Source: an uncultured delta proteobacterium
GTDB lineage: Bacteria; Bdellovibrionota; FAC87; UBA2466
NCBI GenBank assembly: GCA_963778115.1
Contig: CAVZSV010000004.1
Location: 256,001-320,000, forward strand
Length of the DNA stretch: 64,000 bases
Direction of reading: 5' to 3'
Shown here piece by piece: positions 38,751 through 48,754 of this stretch (within the stretch, counting starts at the first letter, position 1; each line of letters starts with the position of its first letter). Made by a program: the position numbers and the translations under genes. The notes beneath the pieces are model-generated. The model was given only the letters and a program-made list of their open reading frames with translations, was not told the origin of the DNA and did not search any database.

Positions 38751-40207
38751 TTATATTTCTTCACACAGACAATGCCTGCCCGAGGTAAGGCAGGATGGTG
38801 TTGATAGGGACCCCTATAGGTAACATCCGTCTCCACCAATCTTCTGCATCTTTTACGCTCGAAGTCGCAGACATATCCTTTGAAACTAACGAAACGAGAG
38901 GTGTCGTATTGATTTAAGGGCAGCGGCTCGTCGTCTACCCTAGGAGGCGAGACCCAAAATTCGCCGGTCGGCTGTAGAGGGATTCCGTCCCGGGAAAGGG
39001 AAAAGCTATAATAAAGCGACGTTCCCGCTAGATATGCTTCTTCATAAGTGGCAAGCCGCCAGCCGGTGTCTCCCGCCAAATCCAATTTCTCGCAATAATT
39101 CTTGGCCTCCTCGTACTCGACCCCTCTTCCATCCCGCTCCCAATCCATCGTTCGGGGACTCGTGTAGGACAACTCAGTCGATCTCAATCGGAAAATGCAG
39201 TAGTTGCCGGGCGTAGTACAGGCTACCCGTTTTTTTCCATCGGAAGACAAAGAGATATCGTCCCACAGCTTCGAAGCATCATTGCGGACACAACGAAAAG
39301 TGGCTTTGGAGGTTTTGGGAAGTTGCTGCGAACGACCCGTCTCCACGTGAATCGTCCAGGACTTGGTAGGAGCATACACTGCTGCGATTCTTCCAAATGC
39401 ATTGGGAAATCCTGAAGTCCAAAAGAAAGCATTGTTTCCTCCAAAATAAGGAAACTTCTCGAATATCAATTGCTCTCTATCCGCCAGGTAGACCGATTCA
39501 TTATAGGAAGCAAGGCGCCAACCGTGATAGCCCGCCCAAGTGTGCTCGGCGCAATATTTCTGGGCATCCTCAAAAGTATCCAGGACCAGTCGGCCGGGGC
39601 GAGAAGGTTCGCGTCCCATGGCGAGGGCACTTACCGAGATTCCAGTAGCCGAATCCCGAAAAGCGCACTGATCGTCGGGTTGATTACAGAAGGCAGCCGC
39701 CGACCCATCGGCATTGAGACTAGCGTTTTCGATTAGACCCCAGGCTCGTCGAATTTCGTCCTCAATATTACGGATTCGCTTTCCTAAGTCCCTTAAGAAA
39801 TTTCCATCCTCCTCTCGTAATCTTCGCAGTCGATCCGCATCGGATTTGAGCATTTCGGTGATTAGGCCCACGGTAGAGTTACTTCTGGAAACCGCTAAAA
39901 ATGTAGGAAACGTGTAATTGCCATTCCACCACTGGTTGCCGTTAGCGACGCTATCTGTTTTATCAAGATCGACTTCATGCAAGAAAAACTGATCCACAAC
40001 AACCTGCGCTCTAATCCCGAGTTTAGAAAGATTCCTCAAGGCCGATTGCATCCGTCGTTGATCTTCTGGCGATAAACGCTGCCAAATCACACTCGGAAAA
40101 TTTATCTCCACCCCTTCGCCACATTGAAGGTAGATGTTAGTAAGAGCGGGGGCTGGCGAAGCAGAAAGAAAAGCCATTACCGCGACTAATAACAAGCAAT
40201 ACTTCAT
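38747..40207 (-). CDS. Secreted protein with two DUF1566 domains
   Basis: YCAEHTWAGYHGWRLASYNE...FRCVR and YCEKLDLAGDTGWRLATYEE...IVCVK. Confidence 0.78.
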   Translation of the reverse strand: MKYCLLLVAVMAFLSASPAPALTNIYLQCGEGVEINFPSVIWQRLSPEDQRRMQSALRNLSKLGIRAQVVVDQFFLHEVDLDKTDSVANGNQWWNGNYTFPTFLAVSRSNSTVGLITEMLKSDADRLRRLREEDGNFLRDLGKRIRNIEDEIRRAWGLIENASLNADGSAAAFCNQPDDQCAFRDSATGISVSALAMGREPSRPGRLVLDTFEDAQKYCAEHTWAGYHGWRLASYNESVYLADREQLIFEKFPYFGGNNAFFWTSGFPNAFGRIAAVYAPTKSWTIHVETGRSQQLPKTSKATFRCVRNDASKLWDDISLSSDGKKRVACTTPGNYCIFRLRSTELSYTSPRTMDWERDGRGVEYEEAKNYCEKLDLAGDTGWRLATYEEAYLAGTSLYYSFSLSRDGIPLQPTGEFWVSPPRVDDEPLPLNQYDTSRFVSFKGYVCDFERKRCRRLVETDVTYRGPYQHHPALPRAGIVCVKKYK

Positions 40208-41925
40208 TTCCTTCCTCCTTCACTCTCCACATCGTGCACACAAATATATCGCCGCAATCGCTTATACGGCTCGCTGGCTCGCCAGTCGGCGGATGCGGTC
40301 CCCTCATCAAAGTAAAAGCCTCTTATAATGTCGTTAGGGTTGGGATCGGGTTCGACCATCCAAAAAGATCCCAAGAGTAAGCCAAACTGCTCGAACTTAG
40401 CTGACCATCCGAAAAATCCGTCCCGATTGGCGTCAAACGCTTCTCGAGGAGAGGGCAATCGCCATCCCTTTACCCCCGCCCACGTTAAGCCACGACACAT
40501 TTGTTGAGCGGTTCTCAAGCTGACGTACCCTAAGTCATCGGGCGAGCGGTGCTTGGCGTACTTGGGCTCGTACCGCGGACTCGGGGCCGACCAGACTAAC
40601 TGGCTTCTTCTTCCAATAACCGCACATTCATCTCCAGCTTTTGAGCATTGGTTTTTTTGCCCGTTGGCATCCGTTGAAGCATCTACCCAGTAGAAGTCGT
40701 AATCGTCACGCGTGCACCGGTGCTCATTGAGAGCTTGTTTGTCGAATTCGCGGTATTGGGTGGAAGCCAAGTTGATGGCCCACGCGCGAGTGTCCTTTTG
40801 AGGAGCTCCCAGCCACCAAGGCGAATCAGAAGGTGATGTCGCCGCCCATAAGAACACGTTATTATTTTGTCCAAAACTAGTGACGACTTTCACAACCGCA
40901 TTGATGCGGTCTGAGAGATCAAAGAGTTCGCTAATAGTGGGAAGCCGCCAGTCGGAGTAACCTCCCCAATTCTTAAGGTCCTGACATGCCCCTTTGGTAT
41001 CATCGAAATTTTTAACGATATCTTCGCTCTTTTCCCCCGGAGAGATAGCGCTCCAGTAAATGGGGCCGCGCTTTTTATCTCGAAAGACGCACTGGTCGGT
41101 TTCGTAAATACAGTTCGTCCCGCTTAATCCATCCGGTAACGTACTGTGATCTTCCCAATCTCCCACATCTTGCAAAGCCACTTTGAGATCAGCCTCAATA
41201 AGTTTGATGAGGGGGCTTTCAGGCCCCAACTTATCGTGGATACGTTTGGTAATTTCAAAGAGCCTTCGCTCTTCTTCAGTATCGGCGTCAAAGAAACCGG
41301 GAATGCGCTCGCCACCACGAAGTAAGTAAAGTAACCGTTTTGCCAACTCCTTCTTTTCAAAATTGGCGAGGTTCTTGTGCATAATGACGGAATTTAGCGT
41401 CCCAATGATGGCGTCATCTTGAAGGGCTGAAACTTCCACCGCACTACGAAGCACTTCGTGCATGTACGTCCAGCCCTGTTCTACTAGCGGCATTTTATTC
41501 AACAGCTCTTTATTGATTCGTATGGTCTGGCCGTCATGAAGGGCGACCTGTACGCGCTCAAAGGTCAAAATCAAGTCGGTCTGAGGTGCTTCTAACTGTT
41601 TCTTCAACTCCGCATTCACCAAATACCATGTCGGGTTAATCCCTCGTTTGAACAAGGTCTCAAGCCGATGGCCGAGTCTAGGAAGCTTGCCTTTTAAGAT
41701 CGTAAGCTGAGGTTCGATTATCTTGATATACGCTGGCTGCTCGGTGGGTAAAATCTCCTCTGAGTTAGTCACTTTGTCCCAGAGCTGTACTTCGTTACCC
41801 AACTCCAAAGCCCCTAGTAGCTTAATCCTTAATCCAAGCGCTCCTTTGGATTCCTGTCCTCCAAAAGCTTCGGGGAACGACATTGAAACCATAAGAATCG
41901 TTACTAGCCACAGAGTACGCATCAC
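40204..41925 (-). CDS. Secreted protein with helical N-domain and two DUF1566 domains
   Basis: Signal peptide; MHEVLR; CQDLKNWGGYSDWRLPTISEL...HRCTR and CRGLTWAGVKGWRLPSPRE...YICVH. Confidence 0.78.
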   Translation of the reverse strand: MMRTLWLVTILMVSMSFPEAFGGQESKGALGLRIKLLGALELGNEVQLWDKVTNSEEILPTEQPAYIKIIEPQLTILKGKLPRLGHRLETLFKRGINPTWYLVNAELKKQLEAPQTDLILTFERVQVALHDGQTIRINKELLNKMPLVEQGWTYMHEVLRSAVEVSALQDDAIIGTLNSVIMHKNLANFEKKELAKRLLYLLRGGERIPGFFDADTEEERRLFEITKRIHDKLGPESPLIKLIEADLKVALQDVGDWEDHSTLPDGLSGTNCIYETDQCVFRDKKRGPIYWSAISPGEKSEDIVKNFDDTKGACQDLKNWGGYSDWRLPTISELFDLSDRINAVVKVVTSFGQNNNVFLWAATSPSDSPWWLGAPQKDTRAWAINLASTQYREFDKQALNEHRCTRDDYDFYWVDASTDANGQKNQCSKAGDECAVIGRRSQLVWSAPSPRYEPKYAKHRSPDDLGYVSLRTAQQMCRGLTWAGVKGWRLPSPREAFDANRDGFFGWSAKFEQFGLLLGSFWMVEPDPNPNDIIRGFYFDEGTASADWRASEPYKRLRRYICVHDVESEGGRK

Positions 41926-42755
41926 GCGCTCCTTTTCTTATTGCCTGAAGTGTCAGGTGAATGATGGGGCAACATCTGAGTCTTTTGGGTCAGAGGAAAT
42001 AAAGCCACGACTAATTGGTAAACCTCTTCTTTGGAGTCCCCACTTTCCAACAGTTCCATAAGCGAGCGACGGAACTTGCGGACCATGGCTTCGGCCTCGG
42101 GAAATTTTTCCATATTAATCGCCATCGTAACTCCGGAATTTTCTCTAAGTTCAAGCGGGACCACATCGATCGCATCAAGCGCTTTTTGCAAGACCTGTTT
42201 TTGGAATAGCCGAGCCGCGGAGGTTCGATAACTCTCCCCCGGCTCGGCTATGGTATGGTTGGTCTGGGTTGGTTTAATATTTCCTTGTTCGTCTCGTTCG
42301 ATCATTTGCAAACGTTCCAGACGTTCCAAAGCGGCGTTCGTTTCGTTGACCGAAATTCCTAAAGCACGGCTGATCCAGCGAACGTCTGACTTAAAAGTGT
42401 TTACTCGAGTCAATTCCAAAATCGCGTAGTGGTACCAGTCGGCTATCGTTTGGAAAGCGTCGCAGGAGAGGCTTTCGAATGATGAACTGGCAAGGGCTTC
42501 AGCGTTTTGTTTTTCTAAGAGTTGCTTCATCTGCTGCGGTCCCAATCCTAAGCGGTGGCCGAGCCGAGATTGCATGGCGGGGGTGAGGCGTCTTTTCCCC
42601 CGAAGAATTTTGGAGAGCGCTGAAGGTTCTACTTCAAGGCTTTTAGCGAAGGCGCGTAAGGAATAGCGCGGGTTCTTTCGATACCGCTTCACCAGCTCGT
42701 TCTGTAAATGTTCTCGCAACGTCGACAACGGTCTTTCTCCCAAGTGATGCCCCAC
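41922..42755 (-). CDS. TIGR02147-family (HTH plus DUF4423) putative transcriptional regulator; start uncertain (GTG 42755)
   Basis: KNPRYSLRAFAKSL..S.LS.ILRGKRRL, IADWYHYAILEL, A.ERLERL, EVYQLVVALFPL. Confidence 0.85.
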   Translation of the reverse strand: MGHHLGERPLSTLREHLQNELVKRYRKNPRYSLRAFAKSLEVEPSALSKILRGKRRLTPAMQSRLGHRLGLGPQQMKQLLEKQNAEALASSSFESLSCDAFQTIADWYHYAILELTRVNTFKSDVRWISRALGISVNETNAALERLERLQMIERDEQGNIKPTQTNHTIAEPGESYRTSAARLFQKQVLQKALDAIDVVPLELRENSGVTMAINMEKFPEAEAMVRKFRRSLMELLESGDSKEEVYQLVVALFPLTQKTQMLPHHSPDTSGNKKRSA

Positions 42756-42914
42756 GTCTAACTCATCCTTTTTTTCTGCACAAGACACAAAAGCAACATT
42801 ACGTGTCTCCAAAAGGACACGCTTCTTTCCTGCCAATCAAGTCCCTAAAAAAATTAAGGTTTCTCTAAGTTTTTGATGTACCTCAGAAACGGGTATGGCT
42901 TAAAATGCGGCCTT

Positions 42915-43400
42915 ATGACAAATCAAAAAGGGCTCTGTAGTTTAGGCGGAATCAAATGTCGGGTCGACCTGTGGTCCAAGAAAATGCTTTGGCTACCTCC
43001 CCTTTTAGGACGCCTTTCCATGGCCGCGATCTTCGTCCCTTCCGGCTGGGGAAAACTTCACAATCTAGATTCGGTAATAAAATTTTTTACGGAATTGGGT
43101 ATTCCGTTTCCGCAGTATCAAGCGCCGTTTGTCGCCGGTGTGGAATTTTTCTTTGGGGCTTTGTTGCTATTGGGTTTACTGACCCGCTTTGCTACCCTCC
43201 CGCTCATTATTTCCATGGTGGTCGCGATTATCACCGCTAAGAAGGATGACATTCATTCGATTGTGGATTTACTCGCGGTCGATGAGTACCTCTACATTGT
43301 CATCCTCGTAGGGCTTCTCGTCTGGGGTGCCGGTTGCCTTTCGCTGGATCATTTACTCTGCAGGAAAGGCACTAAAGACGCAACGCAAGGCAACGCGTAG
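42915..43400 (+). CDS. DoxX-family membrane protein (BufD-like); start uncertain (42915 or 42984)
   Basis: LGRL..AAIF..SGWGKL, LGIPFP, EFFFG.LLLLGL.TR, GAG.LSLD. Confidence 0.88.
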   Translation: MTNQKGLCSLGGIKCRVDLWSKKMLWLPPLLGRLSMAAIFVPSGWGKLHNLDSVIKFFTELGIPFPQYQAPFVAGVEFFFGALLLLGLLTRFATLPLIISMVVAIITAKKDDIHSIVDLLAVDEYLYIVILVGLLVWGAGCLSLDHLLCRKGTKDATQGNA

Positions 43401-43504
43401 CCCTTAAATTTATTCACGAACTACTTGTTTGAGGGCATTTTGCTGTAGTAGTATCTCTATCGTTCGTAAATAAAAACAACCCAGATACATCAGGGGGATC
43501 CTAA

Positions 43505-43792
43505 ATGAATAAGACAACACAGAACCTATTGATCGGTGCTGCCATCGTCAGCATCTTCAGCGTCGGTGGACTTTCTACCACTGCTTTCGCCAAGCACAAG
43601 AACACCTTCAAATGCGAAGGTGGTAATGCTTGCAAAGGCCACGGTGCTTGCGGCGAAGCCAAAGGCAAGAACGCCTGCAAAGGTCAGGGCATGGCGATGG
43701 TAAAAGACGAAAAGGCATGTGATGCCGCTAAGGCCAAGAACGCACCTGCCGCTGAAAAGCCGGCCGAGGCTCCAGCCGCCGAAACGAAGTAA
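43505..43792 (+). CDS. Cys-rich exported RiPP precursor, bufferin BufA2-like metallophore
   Basis: Signal peptide (TAFA); KCEGGNACKGHGAC...NACKGQG...AC; directly upstream of DUF692. Confidence 0.8.
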   Translation: MNKTTQNLLIGAAIVSIFSVGGLSTTAFAKHKNTFKCEGGNACKGHGACGEAKGKNACKGQGMAMVKDEKACDAAKAKNAPAAEKPAEAPAAETK

Positions 43793-43804
43793 TTAGGTTC
43801 TTAG

Positions 43805-44743
43805 ATGTCGCCTAGCGAGAAGTTTGCGGCCGAAAAGTTCTTTCCCAGCTTGGGAATGGGTATCGGGTTACGCAGCTCTCACTATGCCCACATTTTATCG
43901 ACACTTCCCGCGATCTCTTGGTTTGAAGCCATCTCGGAAAACTACATGGGGATCGCGGGAGGGTCGGGTGGGCGCCCTCTCCAAACTCTCGAACAGATTA
44001 GAAGCCATTACCCCGTCGTCCTCCATGGTGTTTCCCTATCGATAGGCTCGACCGATCCTCTAAGTTACGATTATTTGGCTAGGCTTAAATCCCTGATGCA
44101 ACGGATCGACCCCTCTTGGATCTCCGATCATCTTTGTTGGACAGGGGTGGAAGGAACTAATCTTCACGATTTGCTTCCTCTGCCCTATACCCAGGAAGCC
44201 ATCAAACACGTTGCGGACCGCATATCGGAAGTTCAAGACTATTTAGGACGACGAATTCTTATCGAAAATGTTTCTAGTTACTTAACTTATCGCCATTCGG
44301 AAATGAGTGAATGGGAGTTTATCGCTGAGATCGTCAAGCGCGCTGGCTGCGGAATTTTACTCGATGTGAATAACATCTATGTCAGCGCCGTAAACCATTC
44401 TTTTGATCCGGAAACTTTCTTAAACGGGATTCCCGTGGGAAGCGTCGGTCAGTTTCATCTGGCGGGCCATTCAAATATGGGTACCCATCTTATTGATACT
44501 CACGATCATCTCGTCTGTGACGAGGTATGGCAGCTTTACGAAAAAGCCGTGAGACGTTTTGGTTTGGTTAGTACTTTACTCGAATGGGATGACAAGATTC
44601 CCGAATTTAGCGTTCTCGAAGAAGAGACTGAACGCGCCCGAGTAGTAGCAGAAAAGGCACTTGATAATGATGGTTCCTACAGACAATCGCCCCTCCCTTG
44701 GAAATCTCCAAAGGTGGATGCGCTGGATAATCACCGATCCTAG
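43805..44743 (+). CDS. DUF692 multinuclear non-heme iron oxidase (MNIO, BufB-like)
   Basis: GIGLR, WFEAISENY, HGVSLSIG, SDHLCW, HDLLPLP, IENVSSY, LLDVNNIYV, HLAGH, IDTH, EWD. Confidence 0.93.
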   Translation: MSPSEKFAAEKFFPSLGMGIGLRSSHYAHILSTLPAISWFEAISENYMGIAGGSGGRPLQTLEQIRSHYPVVLHGVSLSIGSTDPLSYDYLARLKSLMQRIDPSWISDHLCWTGVEGTNLHDLLPLPYTQEAIKHVADRISEVQDYLGRRILIENVSSYLTYRHSEMSEWEFIAEIVKRAGCGILLDVNNIYVSAVNHSFDPETFLNGIPVGSVGQFHLAGHSNMGTHLIDTHDHLVCDEVWQLYEKAVRRFGLVSTLLEWDDKIPEFSVLEEETERARVVAEKALDNDGSYRQSPLPWKSPKVDALDNHRS

Positions 44744-45539
44744 AGGGGTAGCTCCAGCCCTTCGCGGAGAGCACGCGCAAAGCGCGTGTTTAGAGGAGCC
44801 GCTCCCGCGGCTTCTAGAAGAGATCGTAGATCAACCCCCTTTGAAACCGAATGACAGATTGGATATCTACGCTATCGGATACCTTTCCCGAATCGTCGAA
44901 GCGATGGCAGGAGATATGGAAACCGTGAGCCGGGCGCTTGGCGAGGCGAAATTTCACCGTCTGGTAGACGACTATCTGAGATCGTTCCCTTCAAAAACAT
45001 TTACCGTCTGCGACATCGGCGCTCATTTGAGTCAGTTTATTCGCGCAAGCGCTTGGAACGAGCAATACCCTTTCCTTGCCGATTTGGCCCGACTGGACTG
45101 GCTCGCTCAACAATCCTATTTCGCTGACGATTCCAAACCTTTCGATACCAACTCCTTAAATAGCCGTACTCCCGAAGATTGGAACACAGCGATATTTCTA
45201 CTGGCTCCTTCGGTGGGTTTGGTGGCGAGCGATTGGTCTCTCAGCCGAATTTGGGGAAAGCGCGAATACTGCAGCCAGACGATTCGAGAGCAAGTAAAAG
45301 CTTCGCCCGAAAAAATAATGGTCTACCGCGACGGCGAATTTGACGTCTGCCTCGAGTTATTGGACGAAATCAGTTATTCTTTTATTTCACAGCTAAAAGC
45401 GGGAAAGTCTCTGCTAGAGGCGACCGAATTCTTGACACTGGTTTCAAAGTTCAATGTCGACCAAGTGCAGCAATGCTTTTGCGAATCCTTGGGTCCGTGG
45501 GTAGCCCAAGGCATCATCTCCGACATTCGTTTTCCCTAA
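44667..45539 (+). CDS. DUF2063 MNIO partner protein (BufC/HvfC-like)
   Basis: RLDIYAIGYLSRI.EA, F..LV..Y...FPS, LADLARLDW; follows DUF692. Confidence 0.82.
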   Translation: MMVPTDNRPSLGNLQRWMRWIITDPRGVAPALRGEHAQSACLEEPLPRLLEEIVDQPPLKPNDRLDIYAIGYLSRIVEAMAGDMETVSRALGEAKFHRLVDDYLRSFPSKTFTVCDIGAHLSQFIRASAWNEQYPFLADLARLDWLAQQSYFADDSKPFDTNSLNSRTPEDWNTAIFLLAPSVGLVASDWSLSRIWGKREYCSQTIREQVKASPEKIMVYRDGEFDVCLELLDEISYSFISQLKAGKSLLEATEFLTLVSKFNVDQVQQCFCESLGPWVAQGIISDIRFP

Positions 45540-45552
45540 GAAAGGGCCATTC

Positions 45553-47358
45553 ATGCGGATTCACCGTTCTCTCGCTATAGCGTTGCTATGCCTAATTTCG
45601 TTTTCGATAAACTCCATGGCCGATCCTTCATCGACCAAAAAGTCTGAAATCAAATGGGTCGGATGGTCAGAGGACATTTTTAAGAAAGCTCAAAAAGAGA
45701 ATAAATTAGTCATTTTGGATCTGCAAGCCATTTGGTGCCATTGGTGCCACGTGATGGATGCGCAAACTTATAGCAATCCGAAAATAATCGATATTATGAA
45801 GTCTCATTTTATCGCGGTGAAAGTAGATCAAGATTCGCGGCCCGACCTTTCTAACCGGTATGAAGAGTACGGGTGGCCGGCAACCATTATTTTCTCTTCC
45901 ACAGGACAAGAGTTGGCTAAACGATCCGGATACATCCCACCTGAGCAAATGTTTTCCCTTCTAGACGCTGTCGTGAAAGATCCGACACCGGGCCCTTCGG
46001 TCGAACCCCCCAAGAAAATTGAGGTTGCGGAAAACGGACTTCTCTCTGCTCAAAATCGCGCTGAACTTCAAAAGAGTTTTAACTTTCAATACGATACCAA
46101 ATACGGAGGCTGGGATTACGGGCATAAGTACGTTCAGGCCGATTCGGTCGAATGGGCTTTGACGCAAACGGAAAAGGGAGACGAAGATGCCGAAAAGAAA
46201 GCTAACGACACTTTGCAACTCGGCAATAAACTTATCGATCCTGTTTGGGGAGGCATCTATCAGTATTCAGTAGATGGATGGGATGAACCCCATTTCGAAA
46301 AGATCATGTCTTACCAAGCCGACGCGATTCGGATTTACTCCTTGGCCTATGCCCAAACTAAAAATCAGGACTATTTAAAAACCGCTCAGGCCGTGCATAC
46401 GTTTTTAGAGAATTTCCTCACCAGTCCGGAAGGAGCATTTTACACAAGCCAAAATGCCGATCTCGTGGATGGAGTTCACTCGGGGGAATACTTTAAATTA
46501 GATGATAAAGCACGACGAGCAAAAGGGACTCCTCGCGTCGATAAGAATTCCTACGGGAGAGAAAACGGCTGGGCGATTTCATCACTCGTGGCTCTTTCCA
46601 TGGTAACTCACGATGCGACTCCTCTTAATGAAGCCGTTACCGCCGCTGAGTGGATTCAAAAAAATAGGGCGCTTCCCGCCGGAGGGTTTCGTCACGACAA
46701 CAAAGATGGAAAACGTCTGTACTTAGGCGACTCGCTTTACATGGCAAATGCATTCTTGCAGCTCTACTCCGCCACAGCCGATCGCAAATGGCTCGCCAAA
46801 GCGGAGAAGACCGCCGACTTCGTCCGGTCTCACTTTTCGTTCAAAGATGAATCGGGAAAAACTGGAGGTTTTGTCACTGGAGAAAATCCGACGGCAAAAC
46901 TCTTTGTTCCTCAGCCCCAAAGAGATGAAAACGTCACGGCCGCAAGATTTTTCAACTTGCTCGCCCAATACTCTGGCAAAAAAGAGTATAAGGACGCTTC
47001 CGATCAAGCGATGCGCTATCTCGTCTCTAAAGTCGCTTTGGAAACCCCCTTTGCCGCCAGTATCCTCATTGCGGATTACGAAACCACTCATGCCCCACTT
47101 CACTTGACTATCGTAGGCTCGAAAAAAGATTCAGTAGCCTCCGAACTTTTCACCAAAGCTCTTGAATTTCCTGGTTCTTACAAAAGAATCGAATGGTTAG
47201 ATCGCGCTGAAGGAAGTTTGCCTAATCCCGACGTCCAGTATCCGACACTGGAAAGGCCCGCAGCCTTCATCTGTTCCAGCAATCGCTGTTCTAGACCCAT
47301 CTTTAATCCAGACGATATCGCGCCTCAGATCCGTAAGATTGCAAACACCGCATCTTAA
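45553..47358 (+). CDS. Exported thioredoxin-domain protein, DUF255/YyaL (SSP411) family
   Basis: Signal peptide; WCHWCHVM, KVDQDSRPDL, GWP, PHFEK, GAFYTSQNAD, C-terminal AFIC....C. Confidence 0.85.
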   Translation: MRIHRSLAIALLCLISFSINSMADPSSTKKSEIKWVGWSEDIFKKAQKENKLVILDLQAIWCHWCHVMDAQTYSNPKIIDIMKSHFIAVKVDQDSRPDLSNRYEEYGWPATIIFSSTGQELAKRSGYIPPEQMFSLLDAVVKDPTPGPSVEPPKKIEVAENGLLSAQNRAELQKSFNFQYDTKYGGWDYGHKYVQADSVEWALTQTEKGDEDAEKKANDTLQLGNKLIDPVWGGIYQYSVDGWDEPHFEKIMSYQADAIRIYSLAYAQTKNQDYLKTAQAVHTFLENFLTSPEGAFYTSQNADLVDGVHSGEYFKLDDKARRAKGTPRVDKNSYGRENGWAISSLVALSMVTHDATPLNEAVTAAEWIQKNRALPAGGFRHDNKDGKRLYLGDSLYMANAFLQLYSATADRKWLAKAEKTADFVRSHFSFKDESGKTGGFVTGENPTAKLFVPQPQRDENVTAARFFNLLAQYSGKKEYKDASDQAMRYLVSKVALETPFAASILIADYETTHAPLHLTIVGSKKDSVASELFTKALEFPGSYKRIEWLDRAEGSLPNPDVQYPTLERPAAFICSSNRCSRPIFNPDDIAPQIRKIANTAS

Positions 47359-47377
47359 AATAGGGGGATAGAAATCG

Positions 47378-47635
47378 CTATGGGGCAGAGCCGCCGAAAC
47401 CGCCGCCCCCGCTATTACCACTACCGGTGTAGGGGACGTCGTAAGTATAAGACCCGCGGCCACCTCCGCCCTCTTGGGCGCTTGCTGAGGTATTACCTTC
47501 TTCATCGGCCCCCACTCGTCGCTCTCCTTCCGGCTGAGAATACTCCGCTTCTCTAACCATCCGGTGACAATCGGTATGCGCATACGTCGACACACTGACA
47601 AAACTAAAAAATACCGACACAAAAATTAATTTCAT
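47378..47635 (-). CDS. Small secreted Gly-rich hypothetical protein
   Basis: AAGG RBS, signal peptide ending STYA, 85 aa. Confidence 0.5.
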   Translation of the reverse strand: MKLIFVSVFFSFVSVSTYAHTDCHRMVREAEYSQPEGERRVGADEEGNTSASAQEGGGGRGSYTYDVPYTGSGNSGGGGFGGSAP

Positions 47636-47719
47636 AGGTACCTTTCCGACGAATAGTTCTTAGCCATACGATGGATTGACCCAGCGAGTCAATGCGAAAG
47701 GAGGAATGTCAGAAACAAT

Positions 47720-48733
47720 TTAGGCAGCTTCTTTATAGGTCTGAGAATGGCCCAGAAACCAGTCCACATAACGCCTTAGCCCTTCGGCGAAAGAGACTTT
47801 CGGTGAATATCCCAACAGGTCTTGAGATTTGGAAAGGTCCGCACATTCCCGATTCGTCTCCGCGAGGAAGGCCGGTTTTGTTTCACACGTAACCGCAAGA
47901 CCAGTCGCGGTTTCGATGCAAGTGACCAGCTCCTTTAGCGAGGTCTCTTTGGAAGTGCCCAGATTGAAAATTTCAAAGGTCCCTTTTGAGGCGTCCCGCA
48001 AAAAGTCTAAGCCAGCAATAATCCCGTCCACTACATCCGAGACATAGGTAAAATCACGGCTACTGGTTCCGTCTCCGAAGAGTGGAACAACAATCCCTTC
48101 GGAAGCCGACCAACAAAACAACCTAATCGCTTGGTCAGGCCTTTGCCTAGGTCCGAACACTGAAAAGAGACGAACAGACGCGACCTTCATTCCATGAGCG
48201 AAAGCATATTCATGACACACTAATTCGCAGGCTCTCTTTGTGGCGGCATAAGGCGATTGCGGTTGATCGGCGGGAGCGCTCTCCTTAAAAGGCAATGGCG
48301 TATCCGCTCCATACACCGAAGCGCTTGAACCGAATACGAATTGGGAAACCATTCGCTCCTTTGCGAAGGCTAGCGTCTTAAGCGTTCCGTCCAGATTATT
48401 ACTAATGGCCATGGGCCAATTTCCAAGCGAAGTTCGGGATCCCGCGCGCGCAGCCAAGTGAATGACGGAATCAAAATGATCACTCGGACAAAAAGAGGTA
48501 TCCAGATCGCGGACATCTTTCTCATGAAATTCAAACGGAGTAGCCACCTGCTGTGAGATTCGTTGCAAATCACGAACATTGGCCTCTTTGAAATAACGCT
48601 CGTAGTGGTTGTCAAAATTATCTACCCCAACCACCGATACACCCTCTCTAAGAAGCCTCTCGATGGTATGGAACCCGATGAACCCCGCTGCCCCCGTCAC
48701 GAGAATAGGATTTGTCCGAGCTCTCTTATTCAT
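47720..48733 (-). CDS. NAD-dependent nucleotide-sugar epimerase (UDP-glucuronate 4-epimerase-like)
   Basis: TGAAGFIG, HLAA, SS.SVYG, SPYAATK, GPRQRPD, RDFTYV.D. Confidence 0.9.
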   Translation of the reverse strand: MNKRARTNPILVTGAAGFIGFHTIERLLREGVSVVGVDNFDNHYERYFKEANVRDLQRISQQVATPFEFHEKDVRDLDTSFCPSDHFDSVIHLAARAGSRTSLGNWPMAISNNLDGTLKTLAFAKERMVSQFVFGSSASVYGADTPLPFKESAPADQPQSPYAATKRACELVCHEYAFAHGMKVASVRLFSVFGPRQRPDQAIRLFCWSASEGIVVPLFGDGTSSRDFTYVSDVVDGIIAGLDFLRDASKGTFEIFNLGTSKETSLKELVTCIETATGLAVTCETKPAFLAETNRECADLSKSQDLLGYSPKVSFAEGLRRYVDWFLGHSQTYKEAA

Positions 48734-48754
48734 ATATGCCGTTCCTTTCACCAA

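Noticed and set aside
35487..41925. Diversity-generating retroelement targeting the DUF1566 genes
   Set aside because: No reverse transcriptase or Avd in the window, and no near-identical A-mismatched template/variable repeat pair was seen; a remote DGR cannot be excluded
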